A stretch of 64,000 bases of DNA from an uncultured Gemmatimonadales bacterium (GTDB taxonomy: Bacteria > Gemmatimonadota > Gemmatimonadetes > Longimicrobiales > RSA9), in the NCBI GenBank assembly GCA_963708135.1, contig OY970192.1, positions 512,001-576,000 on the forward strand. The letters are read 5' to 3'. The notes beneath the pieces were generated by a model. That model was given only the letters and a program-made list of their open reading frames with translations, did no database searches and had not been told where the DNA came from. How positions within the stretch are numbered: the stretch's first letter is position 1; each line of letters opens with the position of its first letter. Position numbers and translations under genes: made by a program. Shown in pieces: positions 1 through 10,130 of this stretch.

Positions 1-300
1 TGGCGCCGTGCTCCCGAGCACCGCCGCCAGCGCGAACAGGCCGCCGCGCAGGAGGAGCGGACCGGGGCCCGTCACCGGGAAGACCTGCTCCGCCGCCGCC
101 GCGGCGAGCAGCCCGCCGAAGACGCCCGCCCCGAGCCCGCCCCAGCCGGCGGCCAGGAAAACGGCGAGCGCGAGGAGGACGAACGCGTCGCCTTCCCGGT
201 GCAACCCGGCCCCGAGCATCGCGACTGTCGCGATGCCGGTGACGGCGAGCGCCAGGACGTAGCCGGCGAGCGGCGACCTGAGCGGAACGGAATCGCTCAT
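1..300 (-). CDS. Membrane protein, N-terminal part (DUF4118-like transmembrane region, possibly a sensor); runs off the window edge
   Basis: ATG at 298-300 on minus; my translation MSDSVPLRSPLAGYVLALAVTGIATVAMLGAG...FVLLALAVFLAAGWGGLGAGVFGGLLAAAAAE shows several hydrophobic helices; open to position 1. Confidence 0.55.
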   Translation of the reverse strand, partial: MSDSVPLRSPLAGYVLALAVTGIATVAMLGAGLHREGDAFVLLALAVFLAAGWGGLGAGVFGGLLAAAAAEQVFPVTGPGPLLLRGGLFALAAVLGSTAP

Positions 301-360
301 GCCCGCGCGCGGCCCTTCAGGGATTTCCCCGGTAGCATGAAGGAAGATGGCGAGCGGTTC

Positions 361-518
361 GGGGGAGAGGGTGAGGGAGAGGTAAGGGGTTTGTTAGAGA
401 ATGGTTAAGGGAGAGGGAGAGGGAGGGTGAGGGTGAGGGGGAGGGTGGGATTGGGATTGGGGTGAGGGAGGGTCCCCGCTCCCCCCCGGCCCCGCAGGAG
501 GGGGTGGGTGAGGGGGGC
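361..518. repeat. G-rich short tandem hexamer patch (GGGTGA/GGGAGA/GGGATT)
   Basis: Direct reading: gggagag ggtgagggaga ... gggtga gggtga ... ggga ttgggattgg ggtgaggg in an intergenic gap. Confidence 0.7.
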
Positions 519-1712
519 TCAGGGCTCGGCGCGCTGGATGATGCCCTCGGCCTCGAGGGCGCGGATCTCGGCGGGCTCGTAGCCGAGCAGGCGGAGCACG
601 GCGTCCGTGGCCTCGCCGAGGCGCGGCGGGGCGCGGCGGGCGGCGGGGCGGCGGCCGTCGGAGAAGAGCGGCGAGGCGACGGCGCGGTAGCCGGGGATGG
701 TGGGGTGGGGAAGGGACTCGAGGGCGCCGCTCGCGGTCACCTGCTCGAGGGCGGCGACGCGGTCGACGGAGAGGATCGGCGCGCACGGCACGCCCTCCTT
801 GCGCAGGCGGCGCTCGAGGGCGGCGGTGGGCAGGGTGCGGGTCACGGCGGCGAGAAGGTCGAAGAGCTCGGCGCGGTGCGCGACGCGGCCACGGTTCTGG
901 CGGAAGCGCTCGTCGCCTTCGAGGGCCTCGAGGTCGAGGGCGCGGCAGGTGCGCTGGAAGAGCACGTCGTTGGCCGCGGCGATCATGAGCTGCCCGTCGG
1001 CGGTGGGGAACGCCTCGTAGGGCGCGATCATGCCGAGCGCGGTGCCGAGGGGCCCGGGCGGCTGGCCGGTGCCGAAGTAGCCGAGCAGGTGGTAGGCGTT
1101 CCACGCGAGCGCCACGTCGAAGAGCGAGACGGCGACGTGCGCGCCCTCGCCGGTCCGGTCGCGCTCGCGCAGGGCGGCCAGCACGCCGATGGCGGCCCAG
1201 AGTCCGGTCCCGATGTCCACGATCGAGGTGCCGATGCGGCTGGGCGGCTGGCCCGGATGGCCGTTCACGGACATGAGTCCGGAATACGCCTGCATGAGCG
1301 GGTCGTAGCCGGGCTCGTCGCGCATCGGCCCGTCCGCGCCGAACGCGCTCACGCTGCAGTAGACGAGGCGCGGGTTCTCGGCGCGCAGCGTCTCGGCGCC
1401 GAGCCCGAGCCGCTCGGCCACGCCGGTGCGGAAGGACTGGAGCAGCACGTCGGAGCGCGCGGCCAGCCGGCGCGCGATCTCGGCGCCGGCGCGCGTCTTC
1501 AGGTCCACGGCGATGCTGCGCTTGTTGCGGTTGGCGGAGAGGAAGATCGGGCTCTCGCCGGCCCAGAACGGGGGGCCCCACTCGCGCGCCGGATCGCCGT
1601 GGCCCGGACGCTCGATCTTGATGACCTCCGCGCCCAGGTCGCCCAGCACCTGCGCGCAGTACGGCCCGGCCAGGTTCTGCGACAGGTCCGCGACCAGGAT
1701 GTCCAGCGCCAT
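519..1712 (-). CDS. CaiB/BaiF family III CoA transferase
   Basis: MALDILVADLSQNLAGPYCAQVLGDLGAEVIKIE, NRNKRSIAVDL and GYDPLMQA motifs; start overlaps the upstream stop (TGATG). Confidence 0.92.
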   Translation of the reverse strand: MALDILVADLSQNLAGPYCAQVLGDLGAEVIKIERPGHGDPAREWGPPFWAGESPIFLSANRNKRSIAVDLKTRAGAEIARRLAARSDVLLQSFRTGVAERLGLGAETLRAENPRLVYCSVSAFGADGPMRDEPGYDPLMQAYSGLMSVNGHPGQPPSRIGTSIVDIGTGLWAAIGVLAALRERDRTGEGAHVAVSLFDVALAWNAYHLLGYFGTGQPPGPLGTALGMIAPYEAFPTADGQLMIAAANDVLFQRTCRALDLEALEGDERFRQNRGRVAHRAELFDLLAAVTRTLPTAALERRLRKEGVPCAPILSVDRVAALEQVTASGALESLPHPTIPGYRAVASPLFSDGRRPAARRAPPRLGEATDAVLRLLGYEPAEIRALEAEGIIQRAEP

Positions 1713-2758
1713 CAGTAGCCGCTCCGCTTGTCCACCACGTTGCGGAGCGGCTCGCCCGCGAGGTAGCGGCGCAGGTTGTCCACGATCAGCGCGGTCTCGC
1801 GCTCCCAGAAGCGAGGCGTCGTGCCGGAGACGTGGGGGGTGATGAGCACATTCGGCAGGGTCCAGAGCGGAGAGTCCGCCGGCAGCGGCTCGTGCTCGAA
1901 CACGTCGAGCGCCGCGCCGCGCAGCCGGCCCGCCGCGAGCGCGCGGGCCAGCGCCGCCTCGTCCACCACCCGCCCGCGCGAGACGTTCACGAGCACCGCG
2001 TCCGGCTTCATGCGCGCCAGCCCGGCCGCGTCGATCGCGTGGTGCGTCTCGGCCGTTGACGGCACCGTCAGGACCAGGTAGTCGGCGATGTCGAGCAGCC
2101 GCCCGAGCGCGCCCACGCCCGTCCAGAGCTCGATCCCCGGCGGCGGCTCCGACGGGTGCCGCTTCACCGCCGCCACCCGCATCCCGAGGGCCAGCGCCCG
2201 CCGCGCGACCTCGCGGCCGATCCCGCCAAACCCGTAGACGCCGAGCGTCGCGCCGGCCATCTCGCGCGGCGATGCCTCCGCGTCCGCCCCCGTCCACGCC
2301 GCGGCATCCCAGCGCCGCTCCGCCTGCCGGCGCACCGCCACGTCCAGGCCGCGCGCGAAGTGCAGCATCATCGCCAGCACGCTCTCCGCGATCGGCGGCG
2401 CGTGGATCCCTGCCGAGTTGGTCAGCACCACGTCCGACGCGACCATCTCGGGATAGAGCGCCCCGCCCACCCCGGCCGCCCCCGTGTGCGCCCAGCGGAG
2501 CCGGCCCTCGGGCGGCTCCGTGGCGGCCAGGAACACCTCCCGCGGCACCCCGAAGCCGACGTAGACCTCCGCCCCGCGCACCGTCGCCAGCACCTCCGGC
2601 CTCACCCCACCGCCGCCATCGCCCTCGCCCGTCACCGGCGCGTGCAGCGAGACGCCCTCCCAGCCGGCAGGCAGCGCCTCCAGGATGGCCGCTTCGGAGC
2701 GCGCCGGGATCGTCCATCCCGGCCGCACGTCGTGCATGTTGATGACGAGGCGTGGCAT
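1712..2758 (-). CDS. D-2-hydroxyacid dehydrogenase
   Basis: GVYGFGGIG Rossmann motif, LVNVSRG, AALDVFEHEPL, ITPHVSG. Confidence 0.92.
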   Translation of the reverse strand: MPRLVINMHDVRPGWTIPARSEAAILEALPAGWEGVSLHAPVTGEGDGGGGVRPEVLATVRGAEVYVGFGVPREVFLAATEPPEGRLRWAHTGAAGVGGALYPEMVASDVVLTNSAGIHAPPIAESVLAMMLHFARGLDVAVRRQAERRWDAAAWTGADAEASPREMAGATLGVYGFGGIGREVARRALALGMRVAAVKRHPSEPPPGIELWTGVGALGRLLDIADYLVLTVPSTAETHHAIDAAGLARMKPDAVLVNVSRGRVVDEAALARALAAGRLRGAALDVFEHEPLPADSPLWTLPNVLITPHVSGTTPRFWERETALIVDNLRRYLAGEPLRNVVDKRSGY

Positions 2759-2904
2759 AGCGGCTAGAATGTAACCTCGCGGGCGGCGGGCGGCAGGGGC
2801 GCTTGCCGCGTCGTTTTCGAGTGAGCGGGTGGCCGACCGGGAGAGTGGGCGACGTTCGTCGCGCGCGGCGCCCTCGCGGTCCCTCCGGCTGGTGGAGGGC
2901 GGAC

Positions 2905-5283
2905 ATGGATGCACGGCTGGGCCCGGCGCCGGACGCCGGAGGGACGGCGGCGAGTGGCGTGACGGCGAGCGCCGGCGACGAGGCGACGGGGTCAATCTGC
3001 CCGCGCCCCCGTCGCGCCGCGGCCGCGGCCGCAGCCCGGGCGGCCCGCGCCCTCCTCGCCGTTCTGCTGCTGGGGGCCGCTCCCGCCGGCCCGATCCCCG
3101 CGATGGCGCGCCGCCCGGCTCCGGCGCCGTCGGTCCGGAGCGCGGCCGGTCAGGCCGCGTCCGGCCCGCTGCCCCCCTACGTGCCCGCAGTCCGCAGCTC
3201 GTCGCTCGAACCCGGGTCTGTTTCAGACCCCGTGCCCCTGCCCGTGCCCGCCGACACCCCCGTCGCCGAGGCGCTCGTACTCGGCGGGGGCGGCTCGCGG
3301 GGGCTAGCGCACGCGGGCGTGCTCGTGGGGCTCGAGCGGCTGGGGCGCCCTCCCGGGCTCGTGGTCGGGACCAGCATGGGCGCGATCATCGGCGCGCTCT
3401 ACGCGGCGGGCTACGATGCGGCGCAGGTGCGCGACATCGTGGAGCGGAGCGAGTGGCGCTCGGCCTTCGGCTATCCTCCGATCGCGGCGGCGGCGGGGCC
3501 GCCCCCGGTCCGGCCCCTTCTGCGCTTCGGCTTCGGCGGCGCGGGAATGCGGCCGCAGGGGCTCAGCGCCGACGAGGGCGTGAACCGCCTGCTGGTGCAC
3601 TACCTCTTCGACGCCGGCGTGCGTGCGCGCGGCAACTTCGACCGGCTTCCGCGGCGGTTCCGGGCGGTGGCGGCGGACCTGGCCACCGGTCGCGCGGTGG
3701 TGCTCGGGAGCGGCGACCTGCCGCGCGCGGTGCGCGCCAGCATGGCCGTCCCGGCGGTGTTCCCGCCCGTGGTCATGGACGGGCGGGTGCTCGTGGACGG
3801 CGGGCTGGCGGACAATCTGGCCGTGGACGTGGCGCGCGCGCTCGGCGCGCGGATGGTCATCGCCAGCGATGTCGTGCTCCCCGACAGCGACGTGTCCGCG
3901 CGCGACCCGCTCCGCCTCGGGCTGCGCGGGCTGCGGCTGCTGATCCACAACGCCGCGCCCGACACGCCGCCGGACGTGCTCATCCGCCCCCACATCCCGC
4001 TCCTCTTCCCGTCCTCCTTCTTCCCGCGCGACCCGGAGTTCCTCGTACGCGCCGGGCTCGAGGCGACGCTGGCCGCGCTCGCCCCCCTGCCCCCGGCCGG
4101 CTCCGCGGGTGCCGCACGCACCGGTTCCGCCGCCGGCGCACGTGAGCGCGCCACTCGCGCGGGCGGGCCCGCCCATCCGGGCGCGGCTCCTCCCGCCTCC
4201 ATCGCGGCGGTGCGCGTGGAGGGGGTGGATCCCTCGACGGCGGCGCTCGTGGCCGGGGCGTTCCGTGGCGCGGCGCCCGCGCCCTACGATGCCGCGGCCA
4301 TCCTCGCCGACGTGGATCTGCTGTACGCCACTGGCATGCTCGACGCCGTGTGGCCGCGCGTCGCGGGCGGCGACACGCTGGTGGTCCGGGCGGAGCCTCG
4401 CCCGCCGCTCGATCTCTCGCTGGCCGGCGGCTACGCGGTGGACCGCGGCGCGCGCGGCTGGGTGGTGGTGCGGGGGCGGGTCGGGCGCGGCGAGCTGTCG
4501 CTGCTCGGCTCGGCGGACGGGCTCCGGCGCGAGCTCGTGGCCGGCTGGCGCATCCACGCGGTCGAGCGGGTGGCCGCCGCGCCGGGCCTCGGCGGCTACC
4601 TGCGCGCCACGCAGGTGCGCAGCTTCGAGGGCGCGGACGTGGCCGGGCGGGACGAGGTCAGGCGGCTGGGCGGGTGGGCCGGGCTGGACGTCACGCTCCC
4701 GCACCCGGCGCTGCTCCTGTCCGCGCAGCTGCGCGGGGAGCGCGTCTCCGCGGGCGCCGGGCCCAAGGGACGGGCCGCGGGCGGCGTGCTGCGGCTGGAG
4801 GACCTGCGGGAGCGGCCCCTCGCCGGGGTGCCCCTGGATCTCTCCGTGGAGGCGTGGGGCGGGGCGCTGACGTACCGGGTGGCACGCGGGCAGGCCGCGG
4901 CGCGGGGGTCGCTCGGCCGGTGGCACGGCGCGCTCGTCGTCCAGGCCGCGGGCATCTCCGGGGCGGCCCCGCTCGACGCCTACCCGGCGCTCGGGGATGC
5001 GCGCGCGCTGCCGGGGCTCCGCTGGGGCGAGGATCGTGCGCGGTCGGTGATCGTGCTCGGCGGCGACGTCGCCTATCCGATCCCGCTCGCGGGAAGCATC
5101 CGGCTGCGGCTGCGTAGCGGGCGCGCGGCGGGCGCGATCCCCGGCGGCACGGCACCGGCCGCGTGGCGCGGTGGCGCCGAGCTCGCGGGGGTGTGGGACA
5201 CGCCGGTCGGACGGCTTGAGACCGGCTTCGGCGCGAGCCCCGGCCGGCGCCGCTTCTTCCTCGACCTCGGCGCGCCGTTCTGA
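2905..5283 (+). CDS. Patatin-like phospholipase with probable C-terminal beta-barrel (PlpD-like)
   Basis: GGGSRG, GTSMG and DGG patatin motifs; C-terminal amphipathic strands ending in F; GGAGG before ATG 2905 (start uncertain). Confidence 0.8.
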   Translation: MDARLGPAPDAGGTAASGVTASAGDEATGSICPRPRRAAAAAAARAARALLAVLLLGAAPAGPIPAMARRPAPAPSVRSAAGQAASGPLPPYVPAVRSSSLEPGSVSDPVPLPVPADTPVAEALVLGGGGSRGLAHAGVLVGLERLGRPPGLVVGTSMGAIIGALYAAGYDAAQVRDIVERSEWRSAFGYPPIAAAAGPPPVRPLLRFGFGGAGMRPQGLSADEGVNRLLVHYLFDAGVRARGNFDRLPRRFRAVAADLATGRAVVLGSGDLPRAVRASMAVPAVFPPVVMDGRVLVDGGLADNLAVDVARALGARMVIASDVVLPDSDVSARDPLRLGLRGLRLLIHNAAPDTPPDVLIRPHIPLLFPSSFFPRDPEFLVRAGLEATLAALAPLPPAGSAGAARTGSAAGARERATRAGGPAHPGAAPPASIAAVRVEGVDPSTAALVAGAFRGAAPAPYDAAAILADVDLLYATGMLDAVWPRVAGGDTLVVRAEPRPPLDLSLAGGYAVDRGARGWVVVRGRVGRGELSLLGSADGLRRELVAGWRIHAVERVAAAPGLGGYLRATQVRSFEGADVAGRDEVRRLGGWAGLDVTLPHPALLLSAQLRGERVSAGAGPKGRAAGGVLRLEDLRERPLAGVPLDLSVEAWGGALTYRVARGQAAARGSLGRWHGALVVQAAGISGAAPLDAYPALGDARALPGLRWGEDRARSVIVLGGDVAYPIPLAGSIRLRLRSGRAAGAIPGGTAPAAWRGGAELAGVWDTPVGRLETGFGASPGRRRFFLDLGAPF

Positions 5284-5326
5284 GCCGAGCGGCCGGCGCG
5301 GCGGGCGCCGCCCCGGCCGCCCCCGT

Positions 5327-5710
5327 CTACTCGACCGTCAAGGTGGTCAGGTCGAGGGTGTTCTCCACGCGCAGGTGAACCGTCTGCCCGGGCGAGGCGT
5401 TGATGACGTCGGTCAGGTAGTTCTGCGTCCCGCCGATCGGCACGATCAGGAGCTGCAGGTCCGGGCTGGCCAGCGACGCCGGGATCCTGAGGTCCGCCTT
5501 GTTCTGGCTCGTGATGGTACCGAGCCGTTGCACGGTGCCGTGCGCCACCGCGTAGACATCGACGTCGTTCCAGTTGTTGTTCTGCACGTCTACCGCCACG
5601 GCGTTGGCGGGCGCCGGCTGCCCCGCCAGCGCGCCGGCCGGTCCCTGCCCGGCACACCCGGCCGCGGCCAGCAGCACGGGAATCGAGAGCACCTTGAGCA
5701 TCTTCATCAT
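5327..5710 (-). CDS. Small hypothetical lipoprotein
   Basis: MMKMLKVLSIPVLLAAAGC lipobox followed by a beta-rich domain. Confidence 0.75.
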   Translation of the reverse strand: MMKMLKVLSIPVLLAAAGCAGQGPAGALAGQPAPANAVAVDVQNNNWNDVDVYAVAHGTVQRLGTITSQNKADLRIPASLASPDLQLLIVPIGGTQNYLTDVINASPGQTVHLRVENTLDLTTLTVE

Positions 5711-5900
5711 GGGTCCTGCCCTCCTCCTCCGCCCGCTCCCACCGCCCATGGGCGGCGCGCGGGCGGGGCGGTCCCACCCGCGGCCCCGGCTCAACCCGGG
5801 GCTGGTTCTGGTACCGCCAGAGGTGCATAAGGTGTTCCGACGTGGACGCACCCCTGCCTCCGGCGCGGGCCGCGCCCGGGGTGGACGCGCCGGGCAGGGC

Positions 5901-6515
5901 TCACCCGGCCAGGATCGCGTCGATGCGGGCGGGCGGAAGGTGCAGCACGCCGCCGAGCCGGCGCACCACGGCCGCCTCGCGGGCGTGCAGCTGGCCGTCG
6001 GCGTGGGAGACGCGCGCCGCGGCCCTGAGGACCTGCTCCTTGCCGTAGTCGTTCAGGTAGCCGACCACGCGTGCCAGGTACCTGGCCGCCGAGGTGGGGC
6101 TGCTTCCTACCTCCGCCACCTCGTCCAGCACCTCCTGGCGGCCGAGCGGGATGCCGGAGAGATCCTCGAAGACGCGGCGCACCATCTGGATCTCGGGCGG
6201 CTGGATCACGCCGTCCGCGGCCACCATGAGCGCCAGGATCCGCTTCATGGCCCGCTGGTACTCGGCCATCACGGCCGGCGTGCGCTCGCCCGCGTCGTAG
6301 GCGAGCACCTCCGGCCGGAACGTCGAGAGGCAGACGCCGCACTCCACGTACTCGCCCAGCCGCCCGGCCGGCAGGCGCAGCACGGCAAGGACGCGCAGCC
6401 GGCGCCGCACCTCCGTGCGCTGGTAGGGCCGCCGTGCCATGCAGGTCGGGCAGAAGAACTCGCCGCCGCCCGCCCGCATCGGGTTGGGCTCGGTGCCGAA
6501 GAGGATCGTGGGCAC
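5901..6515 (-). CDS. Zinc-ribbon plus TerB-like domain protein
   Basis: FFCPTC and VECGVC Cys pairs; MVAADGVIQPPE and HADGQLHARE TerB-type motifs. Confidence 0.8.
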   Translation of the reverse strand: MPTILFGTEPNPMRAGGGEFFCPTCMARRPYQRTEVRRRLRVLAVLRLPAGRLGEYVECGVCLSTFRPEVLAYDAGERTPAVMAEYQRAMKRILALMVAADGVIQPPEIQMVRRVFEDLSGIPLGRQEVLDEVAEVGSSPTSAARYLARVVGYLNDYGKEQVLRAAARVSHADGQLHAREAAVVRRLGGVLHLPPARIDAILAG

Positions 6516-6653
6516 GGTCAGTCGCCTGTGATCGCTGCCGGTCGAAGGAGCGGCGCCTCCGGTGGGGAAGCGCGCCGGGACAAGGTAATCGGGGCGTCGC
6601 GGGCCGGAAACGGGCGGCGGACCGGCCGCCGCGCTCGGCGCGCCGCCCGGCCT

Positions 6654-7190
6654 TCACTCGGGGGCGACCCACTCCTCCCGCAGGATGGCGTAGCGCTCGA
6701 GGTCCTCGGCCACGCCCCACTTGCGCACCTCCTGCCGCAGCCGCCCCTCGTGGCTCATCCCGATCTTCCGCATGACGCTGCCGGATGCCGGGTTCCGGCT
6801 GAGGTGGTGGGCGTAGACCTTGTTCAGGCCGAGCGCCTCGAAGGCGTGGCGCAGCACGGCGGCGGCGGCCTCCGTGGCGTAGCCGTGGCCCCAGTACGAC
6901 TTGCCGATCCAGTAGCCGAGCTCCGCCTTCCCGTGCTCCGGCCGGAGGGTCAGGGCGATGGCGCCGAGGAGGCGGCCGTCGCGCCGGCGGGTGATCGCGA
7001 ACGCCTCCACCTCGCCGCGCTCCTGCCGCTCGCGATTGCCGCGGATCCACGCCTCGGCCATCTCCTGGCTGTACGGGTGGGGGATGTTCAGCGTGGTGGA
7101 GGCGATGTCGCGCGCGCCGGCCAGCCGCGTCACCTCGGACGCGTCCGCCAGCGTGAAGGCCCGCAGCTTCAGGCGCTCCGTCTCGATCAT
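6654..7190 (-). CDS. GNAT N-acetyltransferase, RimJ/RimL family
   Basis: IETERLKLR, AELGYWIGKSYWGHGYATEA, NPASGSVMRKIGM. Confidence 0.92.
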   Translation of the reverse strand: MIETERLKLRAFTLADASEVTRLAGARDIASTTLNIPHPYSQEMAEAWIRGNRERQERGEVEAFAITRRRDGRLLGAIALTLRPEHGKAELGYWIGKSYWGHGYATEAAAAVLRHAFEALGLNKVYAHHLSRNPASGSVMRKIGMSHEGRLRQEVRKWGVAEDLERYAILREEWVAPE

Positions 7191-7275
7191 TGCGGTTTTT
7201 CCCGGGACGCCCGTACGTCCCGCGCCTGGCCCGTGGCCGCGTCCCCGCGGGTGCCGAAGACCTGCGCCTCCACGC

Positions 7276-7836
7276 TCAGTGCGCGGCGGCCACGACGGCG
7301 GCTACCGTCTCCTTCGCGATGCGGGCCTCGAGGTCGCCCGTGCTCGTGCACGCGACGGGGGCGGTGTTCGTGCCGTCCGTGGGCCGCGCCGACGCGCTCA
7401 CCTGTGTGGCCAGGCGGCTGCCATGGTCGGTGGGCGAGACCTGCGTGGCGATGGTCAGCGAGATGGCGTAGCTCTCGGCGGAAGCCCCTCCCATGCCGCT
7501 GCCGCAGTCGAGATAGGTCGAGAGCCGGGTGCCCGCCAGCTGGCGGCGAAGCTGCACGTTCGCGGCGCCGACGATCAGGCGCGCCTTGTCGGCGACGTCG
7601 GGCCGGATGCCCAGGCCCTGGTAGACCTCGACGAGCTTGTCGAAGACGTGGTCCGCCGTCCCCGGCACGGCCGCGGTGTAGGTGTGGCGCTCGGGATCGA
7701 TCCGCACGTAGTCGGAGCCGACGGAGCCGATCGTCTCCGCGCCTTCCGGCGCGCCGGCCGTGGACGCGACGGTCCCGGACGAGGCGCAGGCCGCGAGCCC
7801 GGCGACGGCGAGCAGGGAGAGGGGCAGACGTCGCAT
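7276..7836 (-). CDS. Hypothetical lipoprotein
   Basis: MRRLPLSLLAVAGLAAC lipobox; GGAGG upstream; two internal Cys (YLDCG, ACTSTG). Confidence 0.75.
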   Translation of the reverse strand: MRRLPLSLLAVAGLAACASSGTVASTAGAPEGAETIGSVGSDYVRIDPERHTYTAAVPGTADHVFDKLVEVYQGLGIRPDVADKARLIVGAANVQLRRQLAGTRLSTYLDCGSGMGGASAESYAISLTIATQVSPTDHGSRLATQVSASARPTDGTNTAPVACTSTGDLEARIAKETVAAVVAAAH

Positions 7837-7958
7837 GGGATGCCTCCGTGGGTGCTCCGCAGGGAAAGGGCTACGGCCGAAAACTTGCCTCTCTCCCATG
7901 GCATGCGCAAGTCGTTCGGCACGATATGGTTCCGCCCATCCGTACCCGGGGCCGGCCC

Positions 7959-8948
7959 GTGAGCGACGGAGCCGCCGCCGGCCGCTCCCCGCCCGCCGCT
8001 CGCGCGCTCGCCGTGCGCGCGGGCGAGACGCCGCCGATCCCGCGCGACCTGCGCAACGTCGTGCTGCGCTTCGGCCGCCGCGAGCTCCCGCTCACCAACC
8101 TCGGAAAGGTCTTCTGGCCGGAGTCCGGCCGCACCAAGGGCGACCTGCTGCGCTACTACGCCGGTATGGCGGACGTGCTGGTGCCGCACCTGCGCGGGCG
8201 CGCCATGGTCATGAAGCGCTATCCGAACGGCATCGCGGGAAAGCACTTCTTCATGAAGCGCACCCCGACCCACGCGCCCGACTGGCTGGAGACCTGCGCC
8301 ATCGAGCACGGCTCGGGCAGCGTCATCGACTTCCCCGTCGTCGAGGACGCCGCGGGGCTCCTCTGGCTGGTCAACCTCGGCTGCATCGACCTGAACCCGT
8401 GGTACGCCCGCTGCGACGACGTGGACCGGCCCGACTTCCTGCACTTCGACCTCGATCCCGTCCCCGATGCCGGCTTCGAGCGCGTCCGCGACGCGGCGCT
8501 CCTCCTGCGCACCGCGCTCGAGGCGATGGGAATGCCCAGCTACCCGAAGACGACGGGATCGCGGGGGCTGCACGTCTACGTGCCGATCGTGCGCGGCCCG
8601 CGCCAGAAGCAGGTGTGGGGCTTCGCGCGGCAGGTGGCGCGCACGCTCGCGGAGCACGACCCCGCTCTCATCACGGCCGAGTACCGCATCGCGAAGCGGC
8701 CGCCGGGCCGGGTGCTCGTGGACTACAACCAGAACGCGTGGGGCCGCACCCTGGCCTCCGTCTACTCCGTGCGGCCCCGTCCGGGCGCGCCCGTCTCGAC
8801 CCCCGTGACGTGGGACGAGGTCGAGGACGGGATCCGCATCGAGGACTTCACCATGGACAGCGTGCCCGGCCGCGTCGAGCGCCTCGGCGACCTGTGGGCG
8901 CCGCTGCTCGCCGCGCGTGGCCGCTTCGACCTCGGCCGCCACCTGTGA
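7959..8948 (+). CDS. Stand-alone LigD-type primase-polymerase (Prim-PolC-like)
   Basis: LTNLGKVFWP, KRYPNGI, FDLDP, KTTGSRGLHVYVP, VLVDYNQN, YSVRPRPGAPVSTPVTW; GTG start inferred. Confidence 0.9.
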   Translation: MSDGAAAGRSPPAARALAVRAGETPPIPRDLRNVVLRFGRRELPLTNLGKVFWPESGRTKGDLLRYYAGMADVLVPHLRGRAMVMKRYPNGIAGKHFFMKRTPTHAPDWLETCAIEHGSGSVIDFPVVEDAAGLLWLVNLGCIDLNPWYARCDDVDRPDFLHFDLDPVPDAGFERVRDAALLLRTALEAMGMPSYPKTTGSRGLHVYVPIVRGPRQKQVWGFARQVARTLAEHDPALITAEYRIAKRPPGRVLVDYNQNAWGRTLASVYSVRPRPGAPVSTPVTWDEVEDGIRIEDFTMDSVPGRVERLGDLWAPLLAARGRFDLGRHL

Positions 8949-9991
8949 GCCTCCCCGTGCCCCCCACGATCGAGCCGATGGAGGCAAGGCAGGTGGACGC
9001 GCTGCCGGAGGGCGACGCCTGGGTGTTCGAGCCGAAGTGGGACGGCTTCCGCTGCGTCGCCTTCCGCGATGGCGACGCCGTCGAGCTGCGCTCCAAGGCC
9101 GGCAAGCCGCTCGGCCGCTACTTCCCGGACGTGGTGGACGCGCTGGGCGCCCTCGAGGCCGACCGCTTCGTCCTCGACGGCGAGCTGGTCGTCCCCGTGG
9201 CCGGCCGCCTCTCCTTCGACGACCTGCTGCTGCGCGTGCACCCGGCCGCGAGCCGCGTACGCAAGCTCGCCCGCGAGCACCCCGCTCTCTACATCGCCTT
9301 CGACCTGCTGGTCGACGAGAACGGACGCTCCCTGCTCGACGCGCCGCTCGCGCAACGGAGGGCCACGCTCGAGGGGTTCGCCGCCCGCTTCCTCGCCGGC
9401 GACGGGGCCATCCGCCTCTCCCCGGAAACCTCCGACCGCGCCGCCGCCGCCCGCTGGCTGCGCGGGGGACGGAGCGGCCTCGACGGCGTCATGGCCAAGC
9501 GCGCCGGACTCCCCTACCTCGCCGGCTCCCGCGAGGGCATGGTCAAGGTCAAGAACCTGCGCACGGCCGACTGCGTGGTGGGCGGGTTCCGCTACGCCAC
9601 GCGCGGCCGGGTGGTCGGGTCGCTGCTGCTCGGGCTCTACGACGACGAGGGGCTCCTGCACCACGTGGGCTTCACGTCCGGCCTCAGGGCCGCCGAGCGC
9701 AAGCGCCTCACCACCGAGCTCGAGCCGCTCATCGAGCCGCCCGGCTTCACCGGCAACAAGCCGGGCGGCCCGAGCCGCTGGAGCACCGAGCGCTCCACCG
9801 CCTGGGAGCCGCTCCGCCCCGAGCGCGTGGTCGAGGTGCGCTACGACCACTTCACCGGCGGCCGCTTCCGCCACGGCACCGGCCTCGTGCGCTGGCGCCC
9901 CGACAAGGCGCCCCGCCAGTGCACGTTCGAGCAGGTCGGGACCGAGGGAACCTCGTCGTTGCGGCTGCTGTCCAGCGTGCCCCACCCCTAG
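8945..9991 (+). CDS. ligC: ATP-dependent DNA ligase, LigC type
   Basis: FEPKWDGFR adenylation motif, LDGELV, DGVMAK, RFRHG..LVRWRPDK; GTGA overlap with the upstream gene. Confidence 0.9.
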   Translation: MSLPVPPTIEPMEARQVDALPEGDAWVFEPKWDGFRCVAFRDGDAVELRSKAGKPLGRYFPDVVDALGALEADRFVLDGELVVPVAGRLSFDDLLLRVHPAASRVRKLAREHPALYIAFDLLVDENGRSLLDAPLAQRRATLEGFAARFLAGDGAIRLSPETSDRAAAARWLRGGRSGLDGVMAKRAGLPYLAGSREGMVKVKNLRTADCVVGGFRYATRGRVVGSLLLGLYDDEGLLHHVGFTSGLRAAERKRLTTELEPLIEPPGFTGNKPGGPSRWSTERSTAWEPLRPERVVEVRYDHFTGGRFRHGTGLVRWRPDKAPRQCTFEQVGTEGTSSLRLLSSVPHP

Positions 9992-10130
9992 TTCTTCCGT
10001 CGTGGTGGCGCCCGTGGGGCGAGGCGATCGCGCGCGGGCCACACGGAGGGCGGCCGGGCAATGCGGGCCGGGCCGGGCGGCGCCGAATCCGCCGCGCGCC
10101 GTCCGCGGGGCGCATCGGGCTCGCGAGACA

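Noticed and set aside
5574..7958. N-terminal extension of the Prim-Pol ORF (1124 aa)
   Set aside because: It overlaps three credible minus-strand genes; recognisable sequence starts only near 7959.
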